64,000 nucleotides of DNA from an uncultured Gemmatimonadaceae bacterium (lineage in GTDB: Bacteria; Gemmatimonadota; Gemmatimonadetes; Gemmatimonadales; Gemmatimonadaceae), in contig CAWFQK010000004.1 in the NCBI GenBank assembly GCA_963817955.1, positions 64,001 to 128,000 of the forward strand, given 5' to 3'. Shown one piece after another: positions 1 to 10,092 of this stretch; position 1 is the first letter of the stretch, and the number at the start of each line of letters is the position of its first letter. The translations under genes were made by a program, and so were the position numbers. Under the pieces are notes generated by a model that was given only the letters and a program-made list of their open reading frames with translations, ran no database searches and had not been told where the DNA came from.

Positions 1-143
1 TGGAAGTGCGGGACTCGAATGCACGAGCGCGCCGGTTGTACGGATCGCGCGAGTTCGAGGAGATAGGACGACGGCGGGGTTACTATCGGCTGCCCGTCGA
101 GGATGCCATCGTGCTGCGGCGCACGCTGAAGCAGGATGTGTGA
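1..143 (+). CDS. rimI: Ribosomal protein S18 N-acetyltransferase (GNAT), 3' end only
   Basis: Own translation from nt 3: [38 protein letters not shown]...*, matching the RimI C-terminal pattern EVRxSNxxAxxLY...RxxYY...EDA. Confidence 0.85.
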   Translation, partial: EVRDSNARARRLYGSREFEEIGRRRGYYRLPVEDAIVLRRTLKQDV

Positions 144-262
144 AGTGGATTGTGAAGTGTGCAACAGAAATCGTTGATGTGCGGGAATTTGCTTGCGCAT
201 TGACACGGACTGGATCATACCGTGAGCGGCGAGGCAATCGACACTCTCGCCAGGAGGAAACA

Positions 263-760
263 GTGAGCCGTAGTTTGAATAAGGTCACTTTGATCGGGAA
301 TCTGGGTAACGACCCCGAAGTGCGTTCGACGACTGGTGGCAACCGCGTCGCCACGTTTTCGCTCGCGACCAGCCGGTCCTGGAACGATGCGTCGGGATCG
401 AAGCAAGAGAAGACGGAGTGGCATCGCTGCGTCGTCTGGAACACGAAAAGCTCGCAACTCGCCGACATCGTCGAGCGGTACGTCAAGAAGGGCGACAAAC
501 TCTACGTCGAGGGCCGGATTGAGTATCGCCAGTGGCAGGACAAGGATGGCCAAACGCGGTACAGCACCGAGATCAACGTGCGTGAGTTGATCATGCTCGG
601 TGGCGGCAAGGGTGGCGGCGGAGACTTCGAAGGAAGTGAAAGCGGGGTGCGTCGCGCGCCGGCGGCAGCGTCAAAGGCCAAGGCTCCGACGACCGGTAGC
701 GAGGACTTCGAGGATTTCCCCAACGCGCTGAACGACGGGGATGACGATCTGCCTTTTTAG
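263..760 (+). CDS. ssb: Single-stranded DNA-binding protein
   Basis: SLNKVTLIGNLGNDPE, KTEWHR, acidic tail DDDLPF; AGGAGG at 252-257 before GTG 263. Confidence 0.97.
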   Translation: MSRSLNKVTLIGNLGNDPEVRSTTGGNRVATFSLATSRSWNDASGSKQEKTEWHRCVVWNTKSSQLADIVERYVKKGDKLYVEGRIEYRQWQDKDGQTRYSTEINVRELIMLGGGKGGGGDFEGSESGVRRAPAAASKAKAPTTGSEDFEDFPNALNDGDDDLPF

Positions 761-787
761 GGTTTAGGGTTGATTGTTTAGCGAAGG

Positions 788-824
788 AAACGCGGCGGCC
801 GGGCGATGCCCGGCCGCCGCGTTT
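788..824 (+). terminator. Intrinsic terminator-like hairpin after ssb
   Basis: Perfect 17-bp inverted repeat AAACGCGGCGGCCGGGC-gat-GCCCGGCCGCCGCGTTT. Confidence 0.8.
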
Positions 825-1005
825 GCGAATCGATGCTACGTGTGTCGTGGATCACCAAAGCGCCTCGCGACGCGCGGGACGCCCACCCGCTGCATCTTCC
901 CTCCGCCCCCTCCCTCGTTTCCCCGGCCTCCTCTGAATCGTCCACCGTCGAGACCGTCGCCGTCGGCCGTCGCCTGTGAATTCACGAATTTCGGGAGTGC
1001 ATGCT

Positions 1006-2115
1006 ATGCTCGTGCGGGCTGTCCGCAGCCGGCAACGTGGACGGCTGATCCGCGTCGTCGCACTTACGATCCTCGCCATTGCCGCGCTCTCTGCTCGACC
1101 TGTCTTCGCGCAGGAGCCGGTGAAACCGATGCCGAAGACGCATACGGTGAAGCGCGGCGATACGCTCTGGGACATTGCCAAGTTGTACCTCGGCGATGCG
1201 TTCCTCTGGCCGGAAATCTACCGGCTCAACAGCGGCATCATCGAAGATCCGCACTGGATCTATCCGGGTGAGTTGCTCAAACTGCCGGGTGAGCGAGCGA
1301 AGGTCATCGCTGTCACGCCACCTCCTCCCAGCGTCCAACCGTCCGCGCCAGCGCAGGTCCTCGTCGCCCCGCCACGAGTGGACAGCGCACCGCCCGCTCC
1401 GCCTCCGCCGGGCAACACGGTGCGAGTAGGGGAGTTTGCCGCCGCGCCGTGGGTCGATCAGCGTGGAGGGCCGCGGCTGTCGGGCTACATCATGCAATCG
1501 GCTGACATACCAGGGATCGCGTCGGTCGATCGGTCGCGCATGCAATTGTACGATCGCATCCTTGTATCGCCGCCGGCCGGCGCCGTGGTGCCGGAGCGCG
1601 AGCGCTTCCTCGTGTACCGTCTGGGACCCCTCATCGAGGACTTTGGGCAAATCGTCATTCCCACGGGGATTGTCGAGATCACTCAGGCGCCGGGGAAGGG
1701 GGAGGCTGCCTCCGCTCGTGTCGTCAAGATCTTCAGCGAGATACTGCAGGGGCAGCGGCTCATTCGTTATGACACGAACGCCGCGATTGCGCTTGGCCGT
1801 CCTACTCCGGTGACGAATGGCCGCACGGGCAAGGTCCGCTGGATCTACAACGAGCCAGTGCTGACCAGCTTGCAGAGCTATCTCGTGCTCGATTTGTCGC
1901 GTGGAACTGGCGTAAACACGGGCGATCAGATCGAGCTCTATCAACCGCGCCAGAACCCGACCGACGGGCGCGAACTCGCCATCCCAGAGGTATCGATCGG
2001 GCGTGCGCAGGTACTTCGCGTCACACCGTTCGGCGCAACCGCGATCGTGACCAGCCAGGAGCAGCCGAAGATCGAGCAAGGCACTGCGGCACGTGTTGCG
2101 GCAAAGATGCCGTAA
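1006..2115 (+). CDS. Exported LysM peptidoglycan-binding protein, TsaP-like
   Basis: Signal peptide; LysM HTVKRGDTLWDIA..LWPEIY..N..IEDPHWIYPG; Pro-rich linker; beta-rich C-terminal domain; start uncertain (GGGAG before ATG 1006). Confidence 0.8.
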   Translation: MLVRAVRSRQRGRLIRVVALTILAIAALSARPVFAQEPVKPMPKTHTVKRGDTLWDIAKLYLGDAFLWPEIYRLNSGIIEDPHWIYPGELLKLPGERAKVIAVTPPPPSVQPSAPAQVLVAPPRVDSAPPAPPPPGNTVRVGEFAAAPWVDQRGGPRLSGYIMQSADIPGIASVDRSRMQLYDRILVSPPAGAVVPERERFLVYRLGPLIEDFGQIVIPTGIVEITQAPGKGEAASARVVKIFSEILQGQRLIRYDTNAAIALGRPTPVTNGRTGKVRWIYNEPVLTSLQSYLVLDLSRGTGVNTGDQIELYQPRQNPTDGRELAIPEVSIGRAQVLRVTPFGATAIVTSQEQPKIEQGTAARVAAKMP

Positions 2116-2149
2116 CTTGTGATCCGACACTAGATTTTGGCTAGCGCCA

Positions 2150-2956
2150 ATGATCGCGATCGCCCACCTCGCCGCCATCTTCTGCTACCTCGGCGCCGCA
2201 GCTCTTGCTGCGGTGCCGTTTGCTCGTCCGGTGCGTGCGCCGGTTGCTGGCGTCATCGGCATGCTCGGGGCAGGCGTCGTCGCGCACATCGCGGCGCTAC
2301 TCCTCTTCGCCCTTCGGGCGAGTGCACTGCCGCTGACCGGTCTCGGTCCGTCCCTGTCGTTCGCCGGGCTGGTGCTGGCGATGACCTTGCTCGTCGTGGA
2401 GGTGCTCGCTCGCGACGTGAGTCTCACCGTAGTAGCCGCGCCGTTCGCCGTGGTGCCGACGATCGTTGCGAGCATCATCGGTCTCACGCCAGGACGATCG
2501 GCTGAGGGCGTTCGCGGCGTCTGGCTATTCGCGCACATCGCATTGAGCTTCGTTGGTATCGCTGCTTTCGCCACCGCCGCTGCCGCCGGCACAATGTATC
2601 TGCTGCAGCGGCGGGAACTGAAGTCGCACCGATTTGGCACGTTGTTCCGGTTCTTCCCGCCGCTCGCCACCCTCGATCGCATGAATCATTTCGCGGCAAT
2701 CGTGGGATGGTTGGCGCTCACGCTCGGTGTCGTCCTCGCGTCTGCATATTCGGTCGCCTATCACGAACTGAACCTGCCGCAGCTCGTGTGGGGTACTGGC
2801 GCCTGGGTTGCCGTCACGGGCATTGCCATGGGACGCATGACGCGCGGTTGGCAGGCACAGCGCGCCGCGAAGTATTCAAGCGCGGCGTTCGTCCTGGTGC
2901 TCGTCCTCTATGTCGCGTTCCGTGTCGCTGGACCAGCGGCGGGACAGTTCCTGTGA
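2150..2956 (+). CDS. Cytochrome c assembly family membrane protein (CcsA/HemX-like)
   Basis: About 8 TM segments; HIALS..G, MYLLQRRELK, PPLATLDRMN; directly upstream of hemA. Confidence 0.85.
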   Translation: MIAIAHLAAIFCYLGAAALAAVPFARPVRAPVAGVIGMLGAGVVAHIAALLLFALRASALPLTGLGPSLSFAGLVLAMTLLVVEVLARDVSLTVVAAPFAVVPTIVASIIGLTPGRSAEGVRGVWLFAHIALSFVGIAAFATAAAAGTMYLLQRRELKSHRFGTLFRFFPPLATLDRMNHFAAIVGWLALTLGVVLASAYSVAYHELNLPQLVWGTGAWVAVTGIAMGRMTRGWQAQRAAKYSSAAFVLVLVLYVAFRVAGPAAGQFL

Positions 2957-2984
2957 GCGCGTGGGTTGCGGCAGGGGTGGCGAT

Positions 2985-4280
2985 ATGGCGCTGACCCTCG
3001 TTGGGATCAACCATCGGGGCGCTCCGCTCGACATACGGGAGCGCATTGCGTATGCGCCAAGTGACGTCGGCCCGGCGCTGGAGGCCCTGCGCGAGAACGC
3101 CGGAATGCGCGAAGCGGTCCTGATCTCCACGTGCAATCGGACGGAGATCTATCTCGTCGAATCGGATACCGATGCCGCGCCGGCGGTGTGGGCCGCGTTG
3201 TCGGAACGGATCGGTGGCGAAGCGTCGGAGTACGGATACGTCCGCCGCGATCGGGAGGCAGTCACGCATCTCTTCCGTGTTGCCAGCGGCCTCGATTCCA
3301 TGGTGCTGGGAGAGGCGCAGATTCACGGCCAGGTGCGCGATGCGTGGGAGAAGTGCCGCGTGCACTCGGGACCGGTGCTCAACCGCCTCTTTCAGACATC
3401 GCTCTTGGTGGCCGGCCGTGTGCGCAATGAAACGTCGATTGCGCGTGGCGCCGCCTCGGTGAGCTCGGCGGCCGTGCAGCTCTCGCGACAGATCTTCGGC
3501 TCGCTGGCGAACAAGCGCGCCATGGTGCTCGGGGCTGGCGCCATGGCCGAACTCGCACTGGAGTGCCTGGGCGATCAGGGGGTGCGCACGTCCATCGTTG
3601 CCAACCGCACGTATGAACATGCCACGAATCTGGCCGACCGGTACGGCGCCTTGGCCATGCATTACGACGAGTGCTGGACGGCGCTTGCCGACGTCGATGT
3701 GCTGGTGTGCTCGACTGCCGCGCCGCATGCGGTGGTGTTCGCCGATCACATTCGGCCCGCGCTCGCGGCGCGCGGCGACCGCCCGCTCTGCATTCTCGAC
3801 ATTGCGATGCCCCGCGACGTCGATCCCGCCGTGGGCGATCTCGCGAACGTGTTCCTCTACAATCTGGACGATTTGCAGGCAGTGGTCTCGGCCAATCTCG
3901 AGCGCCGGCGCGCCGAGTTGCCGACAGCCGAGCAGCTCATCGCCTCAGAGGTGGGACGGTTCTGGGATTGGGTGGCCGGGCTCGCCGCCGTGCCCGTGCT
4001 GACCGAGATGCGTGCTCGCATGGAGTCGGTGCGGACGCGCGAGCTGGCGGATGCGCTTCGACGGCTCGAGCATTTGCCACCGGCCGAACGCGCCGTGGTC
4101 GAGGAACTCTCTAGAACACTCATGAACAAATTCTTGCACGAACCGACGGTCCGTTTGCGTGCCGCCGCGGCCAACGGCCGCGGCCTCGGGGTGGTCGATA
4201 CCGTCCGCTACCTGTTTGGGCTCGAGCGCAAAACGAAAGCGCCGGAAGAGCAGCCCGCTCGCGCTGGAGGCGAGAGATGA
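2985..4280 (+). CDS. hemA: Glutamyl-tRNA reductase
   Basis: GINHR, STCNRTEIY, HLFRVASGLDSMVLGEAQI, GAGAMA, DIAMPRD. Confidence 0.97.
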   Translation: MALTLVGINHRGAPLDIRERIAYAPSDVGPALEALRENAGMREAVLISTCNRTEIYLVESDTDAAPAVWAALSERIGGEASEYGYVRRDREAVTHLFRVASGLDSMVLGEAQIHGQVRDAWEKCRVHSGPVLNRLFQTSLLVAGRVRNETSIARGAASVSSAAVQLSRQIFGSLANKRAMVLGAGAMAELALECLGDQGVRTSIVANRTYEHATNLADRYGALAMHYDECWTALADVDVLVCSTAAPHAVVFADHIRPALAARGDRPLCILDIAMPRDVDPAVGDLANVFLYNLDDLQAVVSANLERRRAELPTAEQLIASEVGRFWDWVAGLAAVPVLTEMRARMESVRTRELADALRRLEHLPPAERAVVEELSRTLMNKFLHEPTVRLRAAAANGRGLGVVDTVRYLFGLERKTKAPEEQPARAGGER

Positions 4281-5248
4281 CGCGACGTGTGCTGATCACG
4301 GGCGGCGCCGGCTTCATTGGATCACACGTCGCGGAGCGCTTTCTCTCCGATGGATGGGCCGTTGAGATGGTTGACGATCTGTCGACCGGGAGCCGACGGA
4401 ACGTTCCCGATGGCGCAGTCCTGCACGTGGCCGACGTGCGCTCGGCCGACGCGGCCCGTCTCGTACAGGGCGGCGCGTTCGACGTCCTGATTCATCTCGC
4501 CGCGCAGATGGACGTGCGCCGGAGCGTGGCGGAGCCGGTATTCGACGCCAGCGTGAACATCATTGGCGCGTTGAACGTGCTGGAGGCCGTGCGTCGCAGC
4601 GATCACGCCGCGCGGCCACGCGTCGTGTTCTCGTCTACCGGCGGCGTCATTTATGGTGATCTCGCGACGCCGCCGAATCGCGAGACCACGCCAAAGGAAC
4701 CGGACTCGCCGTACGCCATCGCCAAGCTGTCCACCGAGCTGTATCTCGCCTACTACGCCCGGGTCCACGGTCTCGACACGGTGAGCGTGCGCTTCGGGAA
4801 TGTGTATGGGCCTCGCCAGGATCCGCACGGTGAGGCCGGCGTCGTCGCGATTTTTTGCGGCCGAATAGTCGACGGCCGCCCACTGACGGTTTTTGGTGAC
4901 GGCGCGCAGACCCGCGATTACGTGCACGTGACCGATGTCGCGGAGGCTACGTACCTCGCCGCGACGGCACCGATCCCGCCAGCGAATTGCGTGGACGAGC
5001 GGGCGTTCAACATCGGGACCGGGATCGGCACGCCGGTGCTCGCCTTGGCCGAAACACTCATCGCCGCGGCGGGCTCGTCGACAGCGATTGAGTTTGCGCC
5101 AAAGAGAGCGGGCGAGCAACAGCATTCTTTTCTGTCGATCGACAAGGCTCGCGCCGTGCTCGGATGGTCGCCGCGCATCTCGCTCGCCGACGGTCTGGCG
5201 GATACGTACCGATGGTTTGCCAAACGCGCGGCGTCGGTTCCAGCCTGA
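4277..5248 (+). CDS. NAD-dependent epimerase/dehydratase (UDP-glucose 4-epimerase-like)
   Basis: ITGGAGFIGSH, YAIAK, RFGNVYGPRQDPHGEAGVV, GDGAQTRDYVHV. Confidence 0.9.
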   Translation: MTRRVLITGGAGFIGSHVAERFLSDGWAVEMVDDLSTGSRRNVPDGAVLHVADVRSADAARLVQGGAFDVLIHLAAQMDVRRSVAEPVFDASVNIIGALNVLEAVRRSDHAARPRVVFSSTGGVIYGDLATPPNRETTPKEPDSPYAIAKLSTELYLAYYARVHGLDTVSVRFGNVYGPRQDPHGEAGVVAIFCGRIVDGRPLTVFGDGAQTRDYVHVTDVAEATYLAATAPIPPANCVDERAFNIGTGIGTPVLALAETLIAAAGSSTAIEFAPKRAGEQQHSFLSIDKARAVLGWSPRISLADGLADTYRWFAKRAASVPA

Positions 5249-5285
5249 TGTCCCCTCCACTTCTCACATTGTGATCTTCGTTCCC

Positions 5286-6023
5286 ATGCTGCTGCAGGCG
5301 TCCCACGGAGCTGTGCCATCGAGTCCGCTCGAACTGATCACGAACGCCACGACCATGACGCAGGTCGTATTGGTATTCCTGGCGGCATTGTCGCTGTTGA
5401 GTTGGGGGATCATGTTCGGGGTCTGGCACTCGCTCTCAAAGGCGATTGGCGCCGCGGAGAAGTTCGCGCGCGATTTCGAGCGGTCCTCCCAGCTGGACGA
5501 CGCGGGAGCGCTCGCCAAGCGGGCGCCGCCGGGCGCGCTGCCGCGCCTCTTTCTGCGCGCCATGCATTTTGTGTCCGATGTACGCGTCGCCAGCCAGCAA
5601 CTGCGCGAACGGGCCGGCGAGGAGCGTGACGCGCTAGCCTCGGCGACGTTGACCGGCTCGCAGATCGAAACGCTCCATCTGGTGCTGGACTCCGAAGCCT
5701 CGGACGAACGCGATCGCATTGGACGCTTTCTGCCCTGGCTGGCGACGATCGGGTCGGCCAGTCCGCTGATCGGGTTGTTCGGAACGGTGCTCGGCATCAT
5801 CGACGCATTCCTCGGCATTGCGTCGAAAGGCTCGGGCAATCTCTCGGCCGTGGCACCGGGCGTGGCCGAGGCGCTGATCGCGACGGCGGCAGCCCTGGCG
5901 GTCGCGATTCCGGCGACGTTCGGCTACAACATCTTCGCCAGCCGGCTGAACCGTTTTGACGGCCGCATGGAAAGCTTCAACACGGCGGTGATCGCGCTGC
6001 TCGTGCGCGCAGGACGCATCTGA
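5286..6023 (+). CDS. tolQ: TolQ (MotA/TolQ/ExbB family)
   Basis: LATIGSASPLIGLFGTVLGI, VAPGVAEALIATA; first gene of the tol-pal cluster. Confidence 0.9.
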   Translation: MLLQASHGAVPSSPLELITNATTMTQVVLVFLAALSLLSWGIMFGVWHSLSKAIGAAEKFARDFERSSQLDDAGALAKRAPPGALPRLFLRAMHFVSDVRVASQQLRERAGEERDALASATLTGSQIETLHLVLDSEASDERDRIGRFLPWLATIGSASPLIGLFGTVLGIIDAFLGIASKGSGNLSAVAPGVAEALIATAAALAVAIPATFGYNIFASRLNRFDGRMESFNTAVIALLVRAGRI

Positions 6024-6024
6024 C

Positions 6025-6438
6025 ATGGCGCGCCGCCGCCGTCGCGAACGCTTCGTGCTCAACGCCGACGTCAACGTCGTGAGCCTGATCGACGTCATGC
6101 TCCTGCTGCTGGTTATCTTCATGATCACCGCGCCAATGATGCAGGGCGGCGTGGACCTGTCGCTGCCGAAAACCGAGGCCAAACCACTGGAGTCGAAGGA
6201 TGGCCTGACGATCACGGTGAATCGGACCGGACAGATCGTCGTGGACGATGCGCCGCTCACCCTCGGCGAATTTCGCGTCGCGGTGAAGAGCTTGGCGGCG
6301 AACCGATCGCGCAATGGCGTGTATCTCCGTGCAGACCAGAACGTCAGCTACGGTGTGATCGCGCAGCTGCTGGCGATCCTGAATGCGGCTGGCATCAACA
6401 ACGTCGGGCTCGTCACCGAGCCGGAGGAGTTTCGATAG
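6025..6438 (+). CDS. tolR: TolR (ExbD/TolR family)
   Basis: NVVSLIDVMLLLLVIFMITAPM; LRADQNVSYG. Confidence 0.9.
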   Translation: MARRRRRERFVLNADVNVVSLIDVMLLLLVIFMITAPMMQGGVDLSLPKTEAKPLESKDGLTITVNRTGQIVVDDAPLTLGEFRVAVKSLAANRSRNGVYLRADQNVSYGVIAQLLAILNAAGINNVGLVTEPEEFR

Positions 6439-6439
6439 C

Positions 6440-7192
6440 GTGTCCGCGGCACCGGCACCGAGACTGACCGCTGGACTGTTCGCGTCGGTGCTCCTGCACG
6501 GAGCGGTGATCGCGGCGTTCCTCACACTACGTCCCGCCGCGCCGCTGCCTTCGCCCCCGATGTACCGCGTGCAACTCATCGCGGCACCGGCGGGCGAGCG
6601 CGCCATTGGCGTCGTTCGAGATCAGCCGTCCGTGGCGTCGCCCGCGGCGCCGTTACCCGCAGTGCCGTCGCCCGCGGCACCGTCGCCCCCAGTACCGTCG
6701 CCGCCGGTCGCCAAAATTGCCCCGAAGACTAAGCCGGCAGCAATGAAGAAGAACAAGGCTGCGCCGGCCCCGAAGACCGTCACGCCGATGCCGAAAGCAA
6801 CGAGCGGCGACAAGGCGAAAGCCAACGCACCTACCGCTGGTGGCGGTCCCACGGGCGGTAAGGGCGCCGACGTCGCGAACATCGACACGCCCGGCATCGA
6901 GTTCCCGTATCCGGGTTACATCAACAACATCACCCGGCAGATCCTGCTGCAGTTTCGCGCGCATCCGACGCGCTTCGTCCTGACGGCGGAGGTGCGCTTC
7001 ATGATTCGGCGGGACGGCTCTGTCGACGGCATCAACATGGTGACGTCATCGGGCAAATTTACATTCGATCAACAAGCGCTCGGCGCGGTGGAATCCGTGG
7101 CCAACGCACACCTCTTCGGACCGCTTCCTCCTGGCTTCCGTGAGGACATCTTGCCGGTGACCTTTCGCTTCACTCCTTCGCTTCTCCGATGA
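6440..7192 (+). CDS. TolA/TonB-family protein
   Basis: N-terminal TM with SVLLH, Pro/Ala/Lys-rich linker, TonB-C-like domain (F.IRRDG, SSG..FD..AL.AV); between tolR and tolB. Confidence 0.8.
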   Translation: MSAAPAPRLTAGLFASVLLHGAVIAAFLTLRPAAPLPSPPMYRVQLIAAPAGERAIGVVRDQPSVASPAAPLPAVPSPAAPSPPVPSPPVAKIAPKTKPAAMKKNKAAPAPKTVTPMPKATSGDKAKANAPTAGGGPTGGKGADVANIDTPGIEFPYPGYINNITRQILLQFRAHPTRFVLTAEVRFMIRRDGSVDGINMVTSSGKFTFDQQALGAVESVANAHLFGPLPPGFREDILPVTFRFTPSLLR

Positions 7193-8508
7193 CGCGCCTT
7201 TCTCGAGCCGTTTGGTCCGTTTTCGCCACGGCATTCCTGATTCCCGTCGTCGCGCGCGGCCAGGACACCACGTTCCGCGGCATCACGATCAACGGCGTGT
7301 ACGATCCGTTGCGCGACAAGGTTGGGATCATTGTGCTGCCCGTCGCCGGTGCGTTCGGCGATTCCGTGCGGGCGCTCGTGCAGCGCGATCTCGACTATAG
7401 CGATCGTTTCACGGTCCTGCAGCTCGACACCACCGACCCGAACGTGCAGAAGGCGCCGGGCTCCGCGGCGGGGCTCAATTATCGGCTGTTCGCGCGCCTC
7501 GCTGCCTCAGCGGTGGTGCAGATCACGCCCGTCATCTCTGGGCTGCACGTCGCGCTGCACGACGTCGCGCGCGGACAAGTGACGAACGTCGCCGAGTTCG
7601 CATTGCCGTCGTCCGGGCTGAGTCGCGACTGGCGCCTGGCGGTGCACCGTGCGTCGGACGAGATCGAGCGGTGGATCACCGGCCAGCCAGGCATTGCCTC
7701 CACGCGCATCGCGTACTTGCGCGGTCAGTCTGTTCGCATCGTGGACAGCGACGGCGCGGACGAGATTACCGTGCCGACCGACGAGAACGGATTCAGCCCA
7801 GCGTGGAGTCCGAACGGCTCAATGCTCGTATACAATACGTTTGGCGGTGTCGGCTCGCGGTTGGTGCTGATCGATCTGGCCACCGGGCGCTCGCGCACGC
7901 TGGCGACGGCTCCGCGTAACACGCAATACATCACGCCGGAGTTCATGCCGGACGGCAACACCATCGTGTTCTCGCGCTCGGGCGAGAACGGCTCCGACAT
8001 CTACTCCATTGGCATCGGCGGCGGAGATGCCCCGCGGCGGCTGACGGTAGGCCAGGGTACGGAGAACACGAATCCGACGCCCAGCCCCGACGGGCGTCGA
8101 ATTGTCTTTGTGTCCGGCCGCGAAGGACACCCGGAGTTGTATATTATGAACGCCGATGGCACCGGCATCGACAAGCTGACGAACTACGACTTCAGCGAGA
8201 GGACTTACCGGTCGGACCCTGACTGGTCGCCAGATGGACGGTTCGTGGCGTACCAGGAGCGCATCAAAGATTCAATGCAGATCATGACGATCCGTGCGGG
8301 GGGTGGCACGCCGAAGCTGTTGACGAGCGAGGGGCAGAACGAGCAGCCCGCTTGGTCGCCGGACTCCCGGCACCTCATCTTCACTTCGTCGCGCACCGGC
8401 GTGCGGCAGTTGTGGGTGCTCGACACGGAATCGGGCCGGATGCGGCAGGTGACGAAGTCGGCCGGGGCGCGGCTGGCGTCGTGGTCGTCGCGGTTGGTTG
8501 GGCAGTGA
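7189..8508 (+). CDS. tolB: TolB beta-propeller protein
   Basis: Signal peptide, TolB N-domain (DLDYSDRF), repeated PD40 motifs (P.WSPDG). Confidence 0.92.
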   Translation: MTRLSRAVWSVFATAFLIPVVARGQDTTFRGITINGVYDPLRDKVGIIVLPVAGAFGDSVRALVQRDLDYSDRFTVLQLDTTDPNVQKAPGSAAGLNYRLFARLAASAVVQITPVISGLHVALHDVARGQVTNVAEFALPSSGLSRDWRLAVHRASDEIERWITGQPGIASTRIAYLRGQSVRIVDSDGADEITVPTDENGFSPAWSPNGSMLVYNTFGGVGSRLVLIDLATGRSRTLATAPRNTQYITPEFMPDGNTIVFSRSGENGSDIYSIGIGGGDAPRRLTVGQGTENTNPTPSPDGRRIVFVSGREGHPELYIMNADGTGIDKLTNYDFSERTYRSDPDWSPDGRFVAYQERIKDSMQIMTIRAGGGTPKLLTSEGQNEQPAWSPDSRHLIFTSSRTGVRQLWVLDTESGRMRQVTKSAGARLASWSSRLVGQ

Positions 8509-8566
8509 TAAGGACCTTCTCTCTATATATCACTCATCTCGTTCCGTTACTCCGAGGAGATTCAGA

Positions 8567-9202
8567 ATGAAGCAGACCCGGCGCATTGCAGTGCTGACGA
8601 TGGCTCTGGTGTCCGTAGCGGCCCTCGACGCGTGCCACAAGACGCCGGCTCCGGTGCCGGCGCCCGCTCCTGTCGTGGCAAGTCCGAATGCCGATAGTGC
8701 GCGCCGTTCCCAGGAAGACGCAGCCCGCCGTGCCGCGGCCGCGGCTGCCGCCGCATCGGCTGCCGCCGCCCACCGCACCGATTCCATTGCCGCCGCGGAC
8801 GCCGCGGCTCGCGACGCTGCCGCGGCAGCCGCGAATATGCGTGCGACGTTGGCCGCCGTGGTGCATTTCGACTTCGACAAGTCGGATCTTCGGCCGGAAG
8901 ACCGCTCCATTCTCGACGCCAAGGTGCCGATTCTCCAGGCTAACCCCGGCGTGATGCTGCGCGTTGCCGGCAACACCGACGAGCGTGGCTCAGACGAGTA
9001 CAACCTCGCGCTCGGCCAGCGCCGCGCCGCGGCGGTGAAGCAGTACCTCGTGGAGCACGGAATTGATGCATCGCGCATCGAGACCATCAGCTATGGAGAG
9101 GAGCGGCCGGTGGCTCAAGGATCAGATGAAGCCGCCTGGGCGCAAAACCGGCGGGCGGAGTTCGAGATCACGGCCGGCGGGCAGACGCTCCGTCGCCCAT
9201 GA
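8567..9202 (+). CDS. pal: Peptidoglycan-associated lipoprotein
   Basis: Lipobox LDAC, VHFDFDKS, DERGSDEYNLALGQRRA, SYGEERP, NRRAE; GAGGAG upstream. Confidence 0.95.
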   Translation: MKQTRRIAVLTMALVSVAALDACHKTPAPVPAPAPVVASPNADSARRSQEDAARRAAAAAAAASAAAAHRTDSIAAADAAARDAAAAAANMRATLAAVVHFDFDKSDLRPEDRSILDAKVPILQANPGVMLRVAGNTDERGSDEYNLALGQRRAAAVKQYLVEHGIDASRIETISYGEERPVAQGSDEAAWAQNRRAEFEITAGGQTLRRP

Positions 9203-10011
9203 GACGCTGGACCTCATTTGCGCCGATCGCGCTGCTTGCGACCGGCGGATGCTTGGCGTCGAAGAGTGACATTCGGCTGATCCAGGACGAGTTGCGCGCC
9301 ACACGCGCGCAACTCGCTTTGGATGACACGTCCATGCTGCGCGCCAACGAGTCACGTCGGTCGCAGATTGCGCAGCTCTCGGCTTCGATCGACCGAATGA
9401 ATGATTCCCTGCGCGTCGCGGCCGCGCGTTTGGCGTCATTTCAGGCGGCGACGACCGGCGAATTCGACGCGATGGGCAAGCAGATGGTGCGGGTTCAAGC
9501 GTTGCTCGACCAATCGACGCGCAACCTGCAGAATGCACAGGCTCAACTCGAGGCACTAAAAGAGCAGGGTGGTGTCCCGTCGGAGCCGGCAGCCGCTGCT
9601 CCGTCGTCCGACACGGCGCGATTGGCGCCATCCGGCCCGGGCCCTTCCACGCTCTTTCTGAGCGCGAAGGACCAGCTCGACACCCGGGCGTACGGCCTGG
9701 CGCGTGCGGGCTTCGAGCGATTGCTCAGCACCTATCCGACATCGGAGCAGGCGCCGCGGGCGCAGTTGTACATCGGCGAAGCGTATAAGGCCGAAGGGAA
9801 CACGGCCGCGGCAGACTCTGTATATCTGCTCGTTGCGAGCAAGTATCCGCGGAGTTCGGCAGCAGCCACTGGCCTGTATCGCCACGGCAAGACGCTGTGG
9901 GATGCGAACAAGAAGGGCGATGCGCGTCCGTATCTGAATCGTGTCATTCGCGAGTTTCCGAACTCCGACGAAGCTCGGCTGGCAAAGGATTTGTTGGGCG
10001 GAAGAGAGTAG
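9199..10011 (+). CDS. cpoB: Tol-Pal TPR lipoprotein CpoB/YbgF
   Basis: Lipobox-like TGGC, coiled coil, TPR C-terminus (FERLLSTYPTS, VIREFPNS); follows pal. Confidence 0.8.
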   Translation: MRRWTSFAPIALLATGGCLASKSDIRLIQDELRATRAQLALDDTSMLRANESRRSQIAQLSASIDRMNDSLRVAAARLASFQAATTGEFDAMGKQMVRVQALLDQSTRNLQNAQAQLEALKEQGGVPSEPAAAAPSSDTARLAPSGPGPSTLFLSAKDQLDTRAYGLARAGFERLLSTYPTSEQAPRAQLYIGEAYKAEGNTAAADSVYLLVASKYPRSSAAATGLYRHGKTLWDANKKGDARPYLNRVIREFPNSDEARLAKDLLGGRE

Positions 10012-10026
10012 AGCGTCGGAGCTCGA

Positions 10027-10092
10027 ATGCCGATTCAGAAGTCCCCTTTAGCAGGAACGCCGTTCCTCGATCACCTCGAGGAACGGCGGTGA
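10027..10092 (+). pseudogene. 21-codon remnant resembling the TatC N-terminus
   Basis: MPIQKSPLAGTPFLDHLEERR*; 25/26 nt identical to tatC 22896-22921; TGA overlaps the lptD ATG. Confidence 0.6.

Noticed and set aside
139..170. TGTGAAGTG direct repeat or Rex-like box upstream of ssb
   Set aside because: Only one half-site matches TTGTGAA-N4-TTCACAA; too weak to call
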